Below, piece by piece: positions 22,832 to 35,200 of a stretch of 64,000 nucleotides of DNA (positions are counted from its first letter, which is position 1; every line of letters starts with the position of its first letter). A model generated the notes under the pieces. The model saw only the letters and a program-made list of their open reading frames with translations. It was not told the DNA's origin and did not search any database. The stretch spans positions 372,001 to 436,000 of the forward strand of contig NIVC01000312.1 in assembly GCA_002269645.1 (NCBI GenBank). The letters are read 5' to 3'. A program made the translations under genes and the position numbers. This stretch comes from Macrostomum lignano. Lineage: Eukaryota.

Positions 22832-24148
22832 ATGCACGAGGATTCGAACATGGCTAGCAACTATCAGATGCTCGAACACGTGCGGGCTCGCTACTCCAGG
22901 CTTCAGCACCAGCGCCAGCACGCCGAGGAGCAGCAAACGCACGCTCAGCAGCAGAAGCAGCAACAGCAACAACAACAGCAACAACAACAACAACAACAAC
23001 AGCAACAACAACATCAGCAACACCAGCAACTCAGTCGCAGTCGCGATCGCCGGTACCTTCTGCCTCCGCCACCGATCCGCAATCCTCTACTGGCTTCTCA
23101 GGACGTTGATCATTCTTTGCGACGCTTGCAAAGGCAGCAGCACCAGTTCCAAGGCGCACATCTGCAGCAGAAGGAGCCGCAGCAGCCTCAGAATGAAGCT
23201 CAGCAGCCTGAGAGAGAAGCTCAGCAGCCTCAAAAGGAAGCTCAGCAGCCTCAGACTCAGAAAGAGCCGCAGCAGCCCCAGAGTTCAGAGATGTTGCAGC
23301 GGTTTCTTGCCAGTCTCCCGTCGACGCCGCCGCCGCCGCTCAGACGGTCGCGCTCGCCGGCGCCCTGGTCGCAACGCCATCTCGCAACAAAGCTCGTCTC
23401 CCTGTCGCGGGCATCCCTCCTGGCTTTCCCTCCGACCACCAACACGGAGGCGGCGGTGCCCCCAGCCGACCAGGCCGCCTCAGCCGACGTGGCGACGGAT
23501 GCCGAGGCCAACTCGAGCAGCCTTGTGAGCTCCTCGTTCGACGCCGTGACCACGCTCGACGAGCCGACCGCGACCCGGCCAGCGCCAGCTCCGCCTCCTG
23601 ACCCGTCGCCGTCGCCTCGGCAGCACCGCCAGCAGCAGCCGTCGCTGCGCCGGTCTCGTCACACCGCGCGGATTCGCAGCTCCTCTCTGGAGATCCGCTC
23701 GATGCCGAGCTCGCCGTGGAGGGAGCAGCAGCGCCAGCCGCAGCTCAGAGACAACCTCACAGCGCCGCCGGTGCCGAAGCCGAGGTCGCGAAACCACGCA
23801 GCCGACGGGCCGAGCCATCGCGGCCGGTCCAACTCGAACAGCCGGCAGCCGGTCGAGCAGCAGACTCCAGTCTGCCAGGTGTTCCGCGTGACAGACGCGT
23901 CTGACGTTTTCAGCTCTCTGGTGACCAGGGAGGATCGCCGGCTGTTGAAAGTCCTCAGCCACTTCAGCTGCCAGGCCGAGGTTCTGGAGACGCTAAAGCT
24001 GCCTCGGCGGTGTCGCGGGGCGATCGTCAGCATCAGCGGGCCAGACTGGCGGCGGCTGAGCTGGTGCGTTGACAGACTTCAGAGCCTCTTTCCCGAGTGG
24101 GAGCTCAAGTTTCAAATGCGCAGCTGCTGCAGAACCCGGCTTTGTTAA
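22832..24148 (+). CDS. Intronless 438-aa Gln/Pro-rich disordered protein with a C-terminal degenerate type-I KH-like domain
   Basis: Long GC-rich ORF with polyQ and EAQQP repeats. C-terminus VFRV...SSLV-TRED-RRLLKVLSHFSCQAEV...IVSISGPDWRRLSWCVDRLQSL follows the KH beta-alpha-loop-alpha-beta-beta-alpha pattern but lacks GXXG. Confidence 0.65.
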   Translation: MHEDSNMASNYQMLEHVRARYSRLQHQRQHAEEQQTHAQQQKQQQQQQQQQQQQQQQQQQHQQHQQLSRSRDRRYLLPPPPIRNPLLASQDVDHSLRRLQRQQHQFQGAHLQQKEPQQPQNEAQQPEREAQQPQKEAQQPQTQKEPQQPQSSEMLQRFLASLPSTPPPPLRRSRSPAPWSQRHLATKLVSLSRASLLAFPPTTNTEAAVPPADQAASADVATDAEANSSSLVSSSFDAVTTLDEPTATRPAPAPPPDPSPSPRQHRQQQPSLRRSRHTARIRSSSLEIRSMPSSPWREQQRQPQLRDNLTAPPVPKPRSRNHAADGPSHRGRSNSNSRQPVEQQTPVCQVFRVTDASDVFSSLVTREDRRLLKVLSHFSCQAEVLETLKLPRRCRGAIVSISGPDWRRLSWCVDRLQSLFPEWELKFQMRSCCRTRLC

Positions 24149-25412
24149 AATGATCAGCTGGTTGGGATTTCAGTGATGCATCAGAGCACATCTGAGCAGG
24201 CCCCAAGTCCATCAGGCGCTGCAGACTCGCACCTTTCATTGTACACCGCAGGACAGATCGAGAAACGCGGGTTTCCAGTGAACTTTAATTCCGATCAAAT
24301 AAGATTGTGTCAGTCAATCTTAATCTTAACTGTTTAATTGGTTGTTACTTTTCGCATTAACTAAGGCAAGGGCCGCTATAGCTAATATTTTATGCAGCTT
24401 GTTATTCAGTTGTGATAGGTAGCAAAAAGGGAAATGTACAATTTTAGAATCTCAAGTTATTCAGCTTTCTGTTGCGCAGATGTAGACACACTACTGCCAA
24501 GTAGTATAGAATTGTTTTAAGAATTGTTTTGTCAGCAAGAGGTTCGTTTGCGATGCCTAGAAGCCAGTGTATTATGATGTGCTGTTTTTGGTTTCCTGTC
24601 ATTTGCGCAATTAGCTGTGTAGATATTAATAGGATGAGCTGTAGTTTCTATTGATGACAGACAGTCAAATGACAGTCAAAGGACTCGCTGTACACCCCGT
24701 GTGAGCGTGTCTGTGTACAGTATTTTGGCGCGCTTGTGTCTGCAATTGCGATTTAGTAACTGAGACTATATGATGAAGATCATCCAAAAAATGGAAATCT
24801 TCATGAAGAAAAGTGGCCTGCTAGGCTAAAGGTACCGCGGGATGATTTCCGGGATTCCGGGATTCTTGCTGCGCGCCAGCTGAGATAGAAATTGGGAATA
24901 GATCGGACAGAAGAGGAAAGAGGAGATGAGAGATGAGAGGTGAGATGAGATGAGAGAAAAGATAAGAGGAGAGATGAGAAGAGAGGAGAGGAGATGAGAG
25001 GAGACGGGGAGAGGAGAGAAAAGAGAGAAGAGAGGAAACAAACCCTTAACGAGCGGTTTGAAGGACCTCAGAGCCGGATAGAGAGGCTTCAAGGTCGCAT
25101 GTGGCCCGCGGGCCGGAGATTTCCGACCCCTGTGACGTGAAGGATCTTTGTTCTCGCAGCTAGTCCTCATTGTTTCCTAGGCCATAGAGTTTATGGTCTG
25201 CTAATCCAAATTTTGACAGGTGCTGCGCTTAAATTCTGGACTGGAACTTTCCGGAACAAACTTTTCGGTCTCCAGTTATCTTGTAAATTTCAGTTTAAGA
25301 CTAGCTTTATGTGTTCTTTGATTGCTTTCGCAACGCCAAAACTTCACTATAAACTGGGTCCCATGATGTCTCGTGATGATGGAGTCTGGAGACAGTCATG
25401 TATTGGCATGAT

Positions 25413-25653
25413 TGCAGCCTAGTGGTCAGAGCGTCGGACTCACGACTTGAAGGTCGTGGGTTCGATTCTCGGCCCACTCGGAACAATTTGTGTCTTGATT
25501 GAGCAAGACCCTTAACTCTGCATTGCTTCAGTTCACCCAGCTGTAAAATGGGTGCCAGCATTAGCTGGGGTAATTGAGGCTGTGTGTGGCGACCCCCCCA
25601 GTCGATCCTTGGACTGAACAGCCGTACGCAGCAGGTGTAATCAATTATTATTT
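25413..25653 (+). mobile_element. tRNA-derived SINE with CORE/Meta-like central domain
   Basis: A-box-like gcctagtggtcagagc; B-box ggttcgattc (25459-25468); body tgagcaag..cttaac...tgcttcagttcacccagctgtaaaatggg resembles the recalled CORE consensus; ATT/T tail; 10-bp TSD ttggcatgat at 25403-25412 and 25654-25663. Confidence 0.8.
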
Positions 25654-26274
25654 TTGGCATGATGAAATAGAAGCATCAGAAATAGTTTGACATCAGCAAA
25701 GAAACTTCGACAGCAGTAACCATACCAACAGAAGTGAATCAAAAGAACACGATTTTCATTACAATATTTTTCAACAATTTTAAAAACGCGGTATAAAATC
25801 ATTTTCGATTTCGATGCCGGCTTTATTATATAATGAAACAATAGCAATTTAAATCTAATTTAATATCCGAGCAAAGGCCAATGCAGATCAGAGCTGCCCA
25901 AGGCTTTCATAGATTCAAACGGAGGACTTCAGAACTGGAATATTTTCAAATTGGAAGATTAACAAACCAATCAGCAATCTACGATAACATTTGTTAGAAC
26001 GCTACTAACAGTAAGCTGTTGGAATATTCGCGGATAATTTTAGTTTTCAAAAAAGTCAACATGATAAAAATCAACTACAAATAATAAATAAACAATTCAT
26101 AATCTCTAATAGGAATGCCTTATTGAGAAATGTGACCTGCACAAATATGTATGTGAACTGTAACTAAATAGCTGATCACAGATATTCTTGACAATACACA
26201 TTACCGCACATTGTCTGAGCTGTTAAAAAGAAGCAATCCTTATGCTAGGAAACTTCTGAATGATGCGGACTCTG

Positions 26275-29200
26275 CTACTGCTGGCTCGTGCCCCGCTTGT
26301 CATCTGAAATTTATTTAGCAAACCAATTCATTTTTCCGATCATCATTACATAATGATAACCAATCGGAATCTGCACATTACCCACCCCAATCTGCACATT
26401 ACCAACCCCAATCTGCACATTACCCAGCACAATCTGCACATTACCCAATCCATTCTGCACATTACCCACCCAATCTGCACATTACCCACTACAATCTGCA
26501 CATTACCCACCCAATCTGCACATTACCCACTACAATCTGCACATTACCCACCCCAATCTGCACATTGCCAACCCCAATCTGCACATTACCCAGCACAATC
26601 TGCACATTACCCAATCCATTCTGCACATTACCCACTACAATCTGCACATTACCCACTACAATCTGCACATTACACACCCCAATCTGCACATTACCCACTC
26701 CAATCTGCACATTACCTAATCCATTCTGCACATTACCCACCCAATCTGCACATTATCCACCCCAATCTGCGCATTACCCACCCAATCTGCACATTAACCA
26801 GCACAATCTGCACATTACCCAATCCATTCTGCACACTACCCAACACAATCTACACATTACCCACTCCATTCTGCACATTACCCAACGCAATCTGCACATT
26901 ACCCACCGCAATCTGCACATTACCCACTCCATTCTGCACATTACCCAGCACAATCTGCACATTACCCAATCCATTCTGCACATTACCTATCCCAATCTGC
27001 ACATTACCCACCGCAATCTGCACATTACCCACTCCATTCTGCACATTACCCAACGCAATCTGCACATTACCCAATCCATTCTGCACATTACCTATCCCAA
27101 TCTGCACATTACCCACCACAATCTGCACATTACCTAATCCATTCTGCACATTACCCACCCAATCTGCACATTATCCACCCCAATCTGCGCATTACCCACC
27201 CAATCTGCACATTAACCAGCACAATCTGCACATTACCCAATCCATTCTGCACACTACCCAACACAATCTACACATTACCCACTCCATTCTGCACATTACC
27301 CAACGCAATCTGCACATTACCCACCGCAATCTGCACATTACCCACTCCATTCTGCACATTACCCAGCACAATCTGCACATTACCCAATCCATTCTGCACA
27401 TTACCTATCCCAATCTGCACATTACCCACCGCAATCTGCACATTACCCACTCCATTCTGCACATTACCCAACGCAATCTGCACATTACCCACCGCAATCT
27501 GCACATTACCCACTCCATTCTGCACATTACCCAACGCAATCTGCACATTACCCAATCCATTCTGCACATTACCTATCCCAATCTGCACATTACCCACCAC
27601 AATCTGCACATTAACCACCATAATCTGCACATTACCCCGTCGCTCACCCAAGCCGCGCAGCAGCCTCCGGCTAGTCGGGCTCAACGCGCGATCGGCTTCG
27701 CAGCCACCTGCGGTGCCCCGCCTCCTCCCTTGCAGTCGGTTGTCGCCGGCTTTGCCTTTGATCTGGCCGTCGGCATCGGCATCGCCGTTGCCTTCCCCGG
27801 CGCTATCGCCGACCTCGTCGTCGCCGACGGCCTCCTTGTCAGCCGGCCGGCGGCCCAGCAGGCTCTGGATGTCGGCCAGGGCGGCGCGGATGTCGTCGGC
27901 GCCGGCGCCGCCGTTGGATTTGCCTTCGTCGACAGGTGGCGGCTTTCGGCGAGGCTGCGGCGGCGCCTGCGGCTGTTGCTGGGGCAGCTGCTGGCGAAGC
28001 ACCTGCTGGCAAGCCGCCAGCTGCGCACGGAGTCGCCGATTCGCAGCCTCGGCCTGCGTCGGTTTTTTTTAATATGTTAAGAAAAATCCTCAGATCCGAA
28101 TCTAAAATCCTCAGATCCCAATCTAAAATCCTCAGATCCGAATCTAAAATCCTCAGATCCCAATCTAAAATCCTCAGATCCTAATCTAAAATCCTCAGAT
28201 CCCAATCTAAAATCCTCAGATCCCAATCTAAATCCTCCGATCAGAATCTAAAATCCTCAGATCCCAACTTCAAATCCCCTGATCAAATGGGATTTGATTT
28301 GACGTTGGGATCATGAAATTTGAGATTGGGATCAAATGGGATTTGATTTCAAATCAAATGGGATTTGATTTCAAACTTCAAATCCCCTGATCCAAATCTT
28401 AAATCCCATGATTCCAATCTTAATTCTTTAGATCCCAATTTCAAATCCTCAGATCCCAATCTAAAATCCTCAGATCCCAATCGAAAATCCTCAGATCCCA
28501 ACCTAAAATCCCCAGATTTTGCACCTGTCGAGCCGAGTTCGTGGCCTCCTTGCACTGCCTCGCCCAGGTGTCCAGCTCGGCCACCAGCCTCTCATTGTCA
28601 GCCTCCAGAGCCATCAGCCGGCGCTCCTGTAGCTGTTGCTGCCGGCGTTGCTGCTTTTTGGCCGCGGCAGAGGCGGCCGAGGCGGACGGGGCTGCCTGGT
28701 GACGGCGGGCAGCTGCTGCCGTGGCCTCCTCCGCCTCCTCCTTTGCTTTGAGCGCGTCCCTGGGTAGGGAGGACAATTAGCGACGGGTTTGTGCGGGAGT
28801 TCAGACTAGGATTCGAGTTTGGGATCATAGGATTTGAGATTTGGATCAAATGGGATTTGATATGGGGATCAAATGGGATTTGAGGTTGGGATCATGGGAT
28901 TTGAGGTTGGGATCATGGGATTTGATACTGGGATAATCGGATTCGAGGTTGGGATCAAGGGATTTGAGATAGGGATCATGGGATTGGAGATTGGGATCAT
29001 AGGATTTGAGATAGGGATCATGGGATTGGAGATTGGGATCAAATGGGATTTGAGATTGGGATCAAATGGGATTTGATATTGGGATCAAATGGGAATTGAG
29101 GTTGGGATCATGGGATTTGATACTGGGATAATCGGATTCGAGGTTGGGATCAAGGGATTTGAGATTGGGATCATGGGATTTGAGATTGGGATCATGGCAT

Positions 29201-32200
29201 TTGAGATTGGGATCAAATGTGATTTGATACTGCGATAATGGGATTCGAGGTTGGGATCATGGGATCATCGTATTATCCCATGATTGAGGTTGGGATCATG
29301 GGATTTGAGGTTGGGATCATGGGATTTGAGGTTGGGATAATACGATTTGGGATAGGGACCATGGAATTTGAGATTGGGGTCATGGGATTTAAGAAAGGGA
29401 TCATGGGATTTAAGAAAGGGATCATGGGATTTAAGAAAGCGATCATGGGATTTAAGAAAGCGATCATGGGATTGGAGATAAGGACCATGGGAATGATATT
29501 GGGATCACGGGATTTGAGGTTGGGATCATGGGATTCGATTTTTGGGTCATGAGATTTGAGTTTGGGATCAACTGAGATTTCAGACCTCGCCAGGGCCAGC
29601 TCCGCCCGGGTGTCCTTCAGTCTGGCGGCGAGTTCGGCCGCCCGCTTGCGCAGCGCCTCGGCCTCCCGGCCGCTGGCCACCCGAGCAGCTTCAGAGTCGG
29701 CCCGCAGCGCGGCCACCTCCAGCCGCGAGTCCTTGAGCTCCAAGTACAGCGAGTCGCGTTCAGCGGCGGCTCGCTCGAGCTCGGCAACGCCAAGGCGACC
29801 GCGAGACTCCAAAGCCGCCAGCTGGCCGCTGCGGTCCTCGAACAGGCTGACGAGGTGTCTGCGGATGCAAATGGATCGTCGGCTATTGAAGTTTGCCACT
29901 GTGTTGAAAACTTTGCAGTGTAAACTGCTGTCTCTGTTACAGCTCCAGCTCCCGACTTTTCACCCAGACAGTCAGCCGCGTTCAAAGCCGATTCTACCCA
30001 CCGGAAATCCACCCGAGGCCCCCTAAACCCGCCAGAGAACCAGCCCCTAAACCCTCCAGAAAATCCACCCTTAAACCCTCCAGAAAATCCACCCTTAAAC
30101 CCTCCAGAGAATCCGCCCCTTAACTCGGCAAAAATCCGCCCCTAAACCCGGCAGAAAATCCGCCCCTAAACCCGGCAGAAAATCCGCCCCTAAACCCGGC
30201 AGAAAATCCGCCCTAAACCCGGCAGAAAATCCGCCCCAAACCCGGCAGAAAATCCGCCTCTAAACCCGGCAGCAAATCCGCCCCTAAACCCGGCAGAAAA
30301 TCCGCCCCTAAACCCGGCAGAAAATCCGCCCCTAAACCCTCCAGAGAATCCGCCCCTTAACCCAGCAGAAAATCAGCCCTTAAACCCTCCAGAGAATCCG
30401 CCCTTAAACCCTCCAGAGAATCCGCCCCTTAACTCGGCAAAAATCCGCCCCTAAACCCGGCAGAAAATCCGCCCCTAAACCCGGCAGAAAATCCGCCCCT
30501 AAACCCGGCAGAAAATCCGCCCTAAACCCGGCAGAAAATCCGCCCCAAACCCGGCAGAAAATCCGCCTCTAAACCCGGCAGCAAATCCGCCCCTAAACCC
30601 GGCAGAAAATCCGCCCCTAAACCCGGCAGAAAATCCGCCCCTAAACCCTCCAGAGAATCCGCCCCTAAACCCACCAGAAAATCCGCCCCTTAACCCAGCA
30701 GAAAATCAGCCCCTTAACCCGGCAGAAAACACGCCTCCAGGCTGCACCTGTAGTCCTCCAGCACGCTCGCCAGCTGCTGCGCCCGCCCAGCCTCCTGCTC
30801 ATACTGCCTGTCCCGCTCAGCCGCCAGTCTCGCCACCTCCTCGTCCCGCTGCCGCAGTCGCTCAGTCAGGTGTCGGAGCTCCTCGTTGGAAGCGGACAGC
30901 CGCTCCTCAATCTCCAGCCGCTCCTCCGACTGATCGGCGAGGCGGCGCTCCAGAGCGGTCACGTCGGCTTTAACCGCCTGCAGCTCCTTGGCTTGCAGCT
31001 CGCAGCGCTCAGTCTCTGCCGCGAGCTGAGTTGCCAGGCTGCGGGACTGCGCCTGCGTGTACTGCTGCTCCTCTGCCAGGGCTTTGGTCACCTGATGGGG
31101 GCGGGCCGCGATTTCAATGCGTGACGAAGTTGTTAAATTCTGGAAATCTCACCCTGAGATCTCTTAACTGATGATTCAGAAATTTCACCCTGCATGGGAT
31201 CTCTTACTGATAATTCAGAAATTTAACCCTGAGATCTATCCATGATGAGTAAGAAATCTTACCCTTAGATCTCTTTTAATGATGATTCAGAAATCTCACC
31301 CTGAGATCTCTTAACTGGTGATTCAGAAATCTCACCCTGAGATCTCTTAACTGACGATTCAGAAATCACACCCTGAGATCTATTAACTGACGATTCAGAA
31401 ATCACACCCTGAGATCTATTAACTGACGATTCAGAAATCTCACCCTGAGATCTATTAACTGACGATTCAGAAATCTCACCCTGAGATCTCTTAACTGGTG
31501 ATTCAGAAATCAGACTCTTAGATCTCTTACTGTTGATTCAGAAATCTCACCTTGAGATTATTTTAATGACGATTCAGAAATCTCACCCTGAGATCTATTA
31601 ACTGACGATTCAGAAATCACACCCTGAGATTGCTTAATGATGATTTAGAAATCTCACCCTGAGATTATTTTAATGACGATTCAGAAATCTCACCCTGAGA
31701 TCTATTAACTGACGATTCAGAAATCTCACCCTTAGATCTCTTACTATTGAGTCAGAAATCTCACCTTGAGATTATTTTAATAACAATTCAGGAATCTCAC
31801 CCTGAGATCTCTTACTGATAATTCAGAAATTTCACCCTGAGATCTATCCATGATGAGTCAGAAATCTTACCCTTAGATCTCTTTTAATGATGATTCAGAA
31901 ATCTCACCCTGAGATCTCTTAACTGGTGATTCAGAAATCTCACCCTGAGATCTCTTAACTGACGATTCAGAAATCACACCCTGAGATCTGTTAACTGACG
32001 ATTCAGAAATCACACCCTGAGATATATTAACTGACGATTCAGAAATCTCACCCTGAGATCTATTAACTGACGATTCAGAAATCTCACCCTGGGATCTATT
32101 AACTGACGATTCAGAAATCTCACCCTGGGATCTATTAACTGACGATTCAGAAATCACACTCTTAGATCTCTTACTGTTGATTCAGAAATCTCACCCTGAG

Positions 32201-35200
32201 ATCTATTAACTGACGATTCAGAAATCTCACCCTGAGATCTATTAACTGACGATTCAGAAATCTCACCCTGAGATCTATTAACTGACGATTCAGAAATCAC
32301 ACTCTTAGATCTCTTACTGTTGATTCAGAAATCTCACCTTGAGATTATTTTAATGAGGATTCAGAAATCTCACCCTGAGATCTATTAACTGACGATTCAG
32401 AAATCACACCCTGAGATTGCTTAATGATGATTTAGAAATCTCACCCTGAGATTATTTTAATAACAATTCAGGAATCTCACCCTGAGATCTCTTACTGATA
32501 ATTCAGAAATCTCACCTTGAGATTATTTTAATGACGATTCAGAAATCTCACCCTGAGATCTATTAACTGACGATTCAGAAATCACACCCTGAGATTGCTT
32601 AATGATGATTTAGAAATCTCACCTTGAGATTATTTTAATAACAATTCAGGAATCTCACCCTGAGATCTCTTACTGATAATTCAGAAATCTCACCCTGAGA
32701 CCCGCCTGTCTCACCTGCTCCTTAGTAAGCGAGTCGGACTCCTCTTTCAGCGCCTCAATCAGGGCCCTGAGTTCGGCCACTTCAGTAGACTTGGCAGTCA
32801 GTTTAGTCTTGACCTCGTGCAGCTCGGTCTCAGCCGAGTCTCTGGCCTCGGAGAGCTCGTCCCGTTCCGCCTTCAACTCTTCAACCTCAGCCTCGGCGGA
32901 CTTGAGCCTCGGCTCGATCAGCGCTGACTCTTTGATTGCCTCCTCTCTGAGTCGCTTGGACTCCGCCAGCTCAGTCTGAGTCGAGTCCAGGCCCGACTCG
33001 AGAGCCGATCGCTTCGATTCCCAGGCTTTCCTGTCTCGGTCGTAGTCGTCAATTAGGCGGGACAAGGTGGACTCGAGTTCGGCCACTCGGCTGGACCGGG
33101 AGTCCGCCTTCGAGCGCAGCTGCTCGGCCTCTCGACGGGCATCTTCGGCTACGAGTTCCAGTCTGCAGTGGCGGAGGGGACGTTGAGGAGGGGACTGTTT
33201 GATTTACTAATAGTAGTAAGTTGCTTTTTGAGGTGAGAGGGTGAGAGGGTGAGAGGGTGAGAGGATGAGAGGGTGAGAGGGTGACAGAGTGAGATGGTGA
33301 GAGGGTGACAGGGTGAGAGGGTGACAGAGTGAGAGGGTGACAGGGTGAGAGGGTGACAGAGTGAGAGGGTGACAGGGTGACAGGGTGACAGGGTTACAGG
33401 GTGAGAGGGTGACAGAGTGAGAGGGTGAGAGGGTGACAGGGTGAGAGGGTGAGAGGGTGAGATGGTGACAGGGTGACCGGGTGAGATGGTGAGATGGTGA
33501 CAGGGAGACAGAGTGAGAGGGTGAGATGGTGACAGGGTGAGAGGGTGAGAGGGTGACCGGGTGAGAGGATGAGATGGTGACAGGGTGAGAGGGTGACAGA
33601 GTGAGAGTGAGAGGGTGACAGAGTGAGAGTGAGAGGGTGACAGAGTGAGAGGGTGACAAGGGTGAAAGGGTGAGAGGGTGAGAGGGGCGATGGAGGCGAG
33701 AGGAGAGGTGGGGCAGCGGAGTTGAGATGCTCAGTACAGAATTTGTCAAATTTGACCTTCTCTGTTCCTCAGCCGATCTGTCCCGCAGTTTCCTGAGCTC
33801 GGCCTCGTACTGGTCAGCTGACTCGCTGCACCGGCGTTGCCAGGCGGCCTCCAGCTCGGACTTCTCGGCCAGGAAGGAGCGGCGCGACTCGGACAGTTCG
33901 TGCTCCAGAGATCCGATGTCGCGCAGCCGATCCTCGATCTCAGCTGAGAACTCTTGCAGGCATCTGGGCGGGGAGGAGAGAGCGCGAATCGTTGAATAGG
34001 GATTTTTATAGTACATGTTTTGATTTTTTATAAACCCAGTGAAAAAGAAATCCTAGGATTTATAAAATCATCTGATTAGTTTGATTGGGAAAATTTCAGA
34101 CAACCTAAAATTGTGGGGATTCCAAGCATGGGGAATTCCAAGCAAGGAGAACTCAAAACAGGGGGAATCCCAAACATAGGGAATCCAAACAGGGGAAACC
34201 CCAAAAAGGGAAATTTCAAACTTGGGGAACTCCAAGGAGGGGGAATCTCAAGAATGTGGGAATCTGGAGCATGGGGGAATACCAGTCATGGGGAATTCCA
34301 AGCAGGGGAACCTCAATCAGGGCAAATCCCAAGAATGTGGGAATCTCAAGAATGGGGGAACCCCAAGCATGTAGGAATTTCATGCAGGGGGAATCTCAAG
34401 CATGTGGGAATCTCAAGAATGGGGGAATTCCAAGCAGGGGAATTCAAAGCAGGGGGAATCCCAAATTGGAGAATTCTAATCATGGGGAATTCCTAGCAGG
34501 GGGAATCCTAAGCATGTGGAAATTCCAAGCAGGAGGAAGCCCAAATAGGGGAATTCTAATCATGGGGAATTCCAAGCAGGGGGAATCCCAAGAATGAGGG
34601 AATGTAGAGTATTATACCTCCCAAGAAACGTCATACAAATTGTTAACATACTACTTCTACATTTTTATTCAGTAGTATACTAAGTAGCATGTATAAAGTT
34701 AAGTACTGAATCACAGATATATTTTAATCAACCAATCACAAGAGAGTAAAGTCAAACATGTTACTTTTTGCAAACGATCAATCACGTGTGACCTACAATT
34801 GTCAGTTCAAACCCCATCTGCGATTCATCATTCGGCGTGCACCCGGATGAACCAATCAAAGGTAACCAAAAATAACCCAGCTACGGTAACCAATCATGCG
34901 CGCTTACACTAGACTAGTGGCCTAACTTTCTACCCTGTCATGCTTGACAACCAAAGCGTGACCCTTTGACATTTACGAAAATGTGATGGACGACCTCGCG
35001 AGGGGTCAGTTTGCCGATAAATACAAGGGGTCCGTAGCGGACCCAGAGCCAACAAACGAACCTCCAGAAGGAGGAGCTCCGAAGAGGAAGCCTTAGGAGG
35101 ACTTCCTGCAGACCAAGTCAATCGAGACTCGGCTGAGTTCTTGCGGTAAGCCTTACTCATTTGCGCCCGTTGTTTGAGTCGACTCATTATTGTTGTTGAG

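Noticed and set aside
25405-25480. Functional tRNA gene
   Set aside because: No convincing acceptor stem or anticodon arm, and it continues into a SINE body with a TSD.
26353-28080. 575-aa plus-strand ORF (LHIT repeats)
   Set aside because: It is a read-through of a stop-free 21-bp minisatellite plus the antisense of a real minus-strand exon.
30015-30720. Interstitial telomere (CCCTAAA here; TAACCC in the 52.2-53.4 kb units; TTAGTG at 2.8-4.5 kb)
   Set aside because: Only one telomere-like word per longer unit and no tandem (TTAGGG)n run; likely coincidental.
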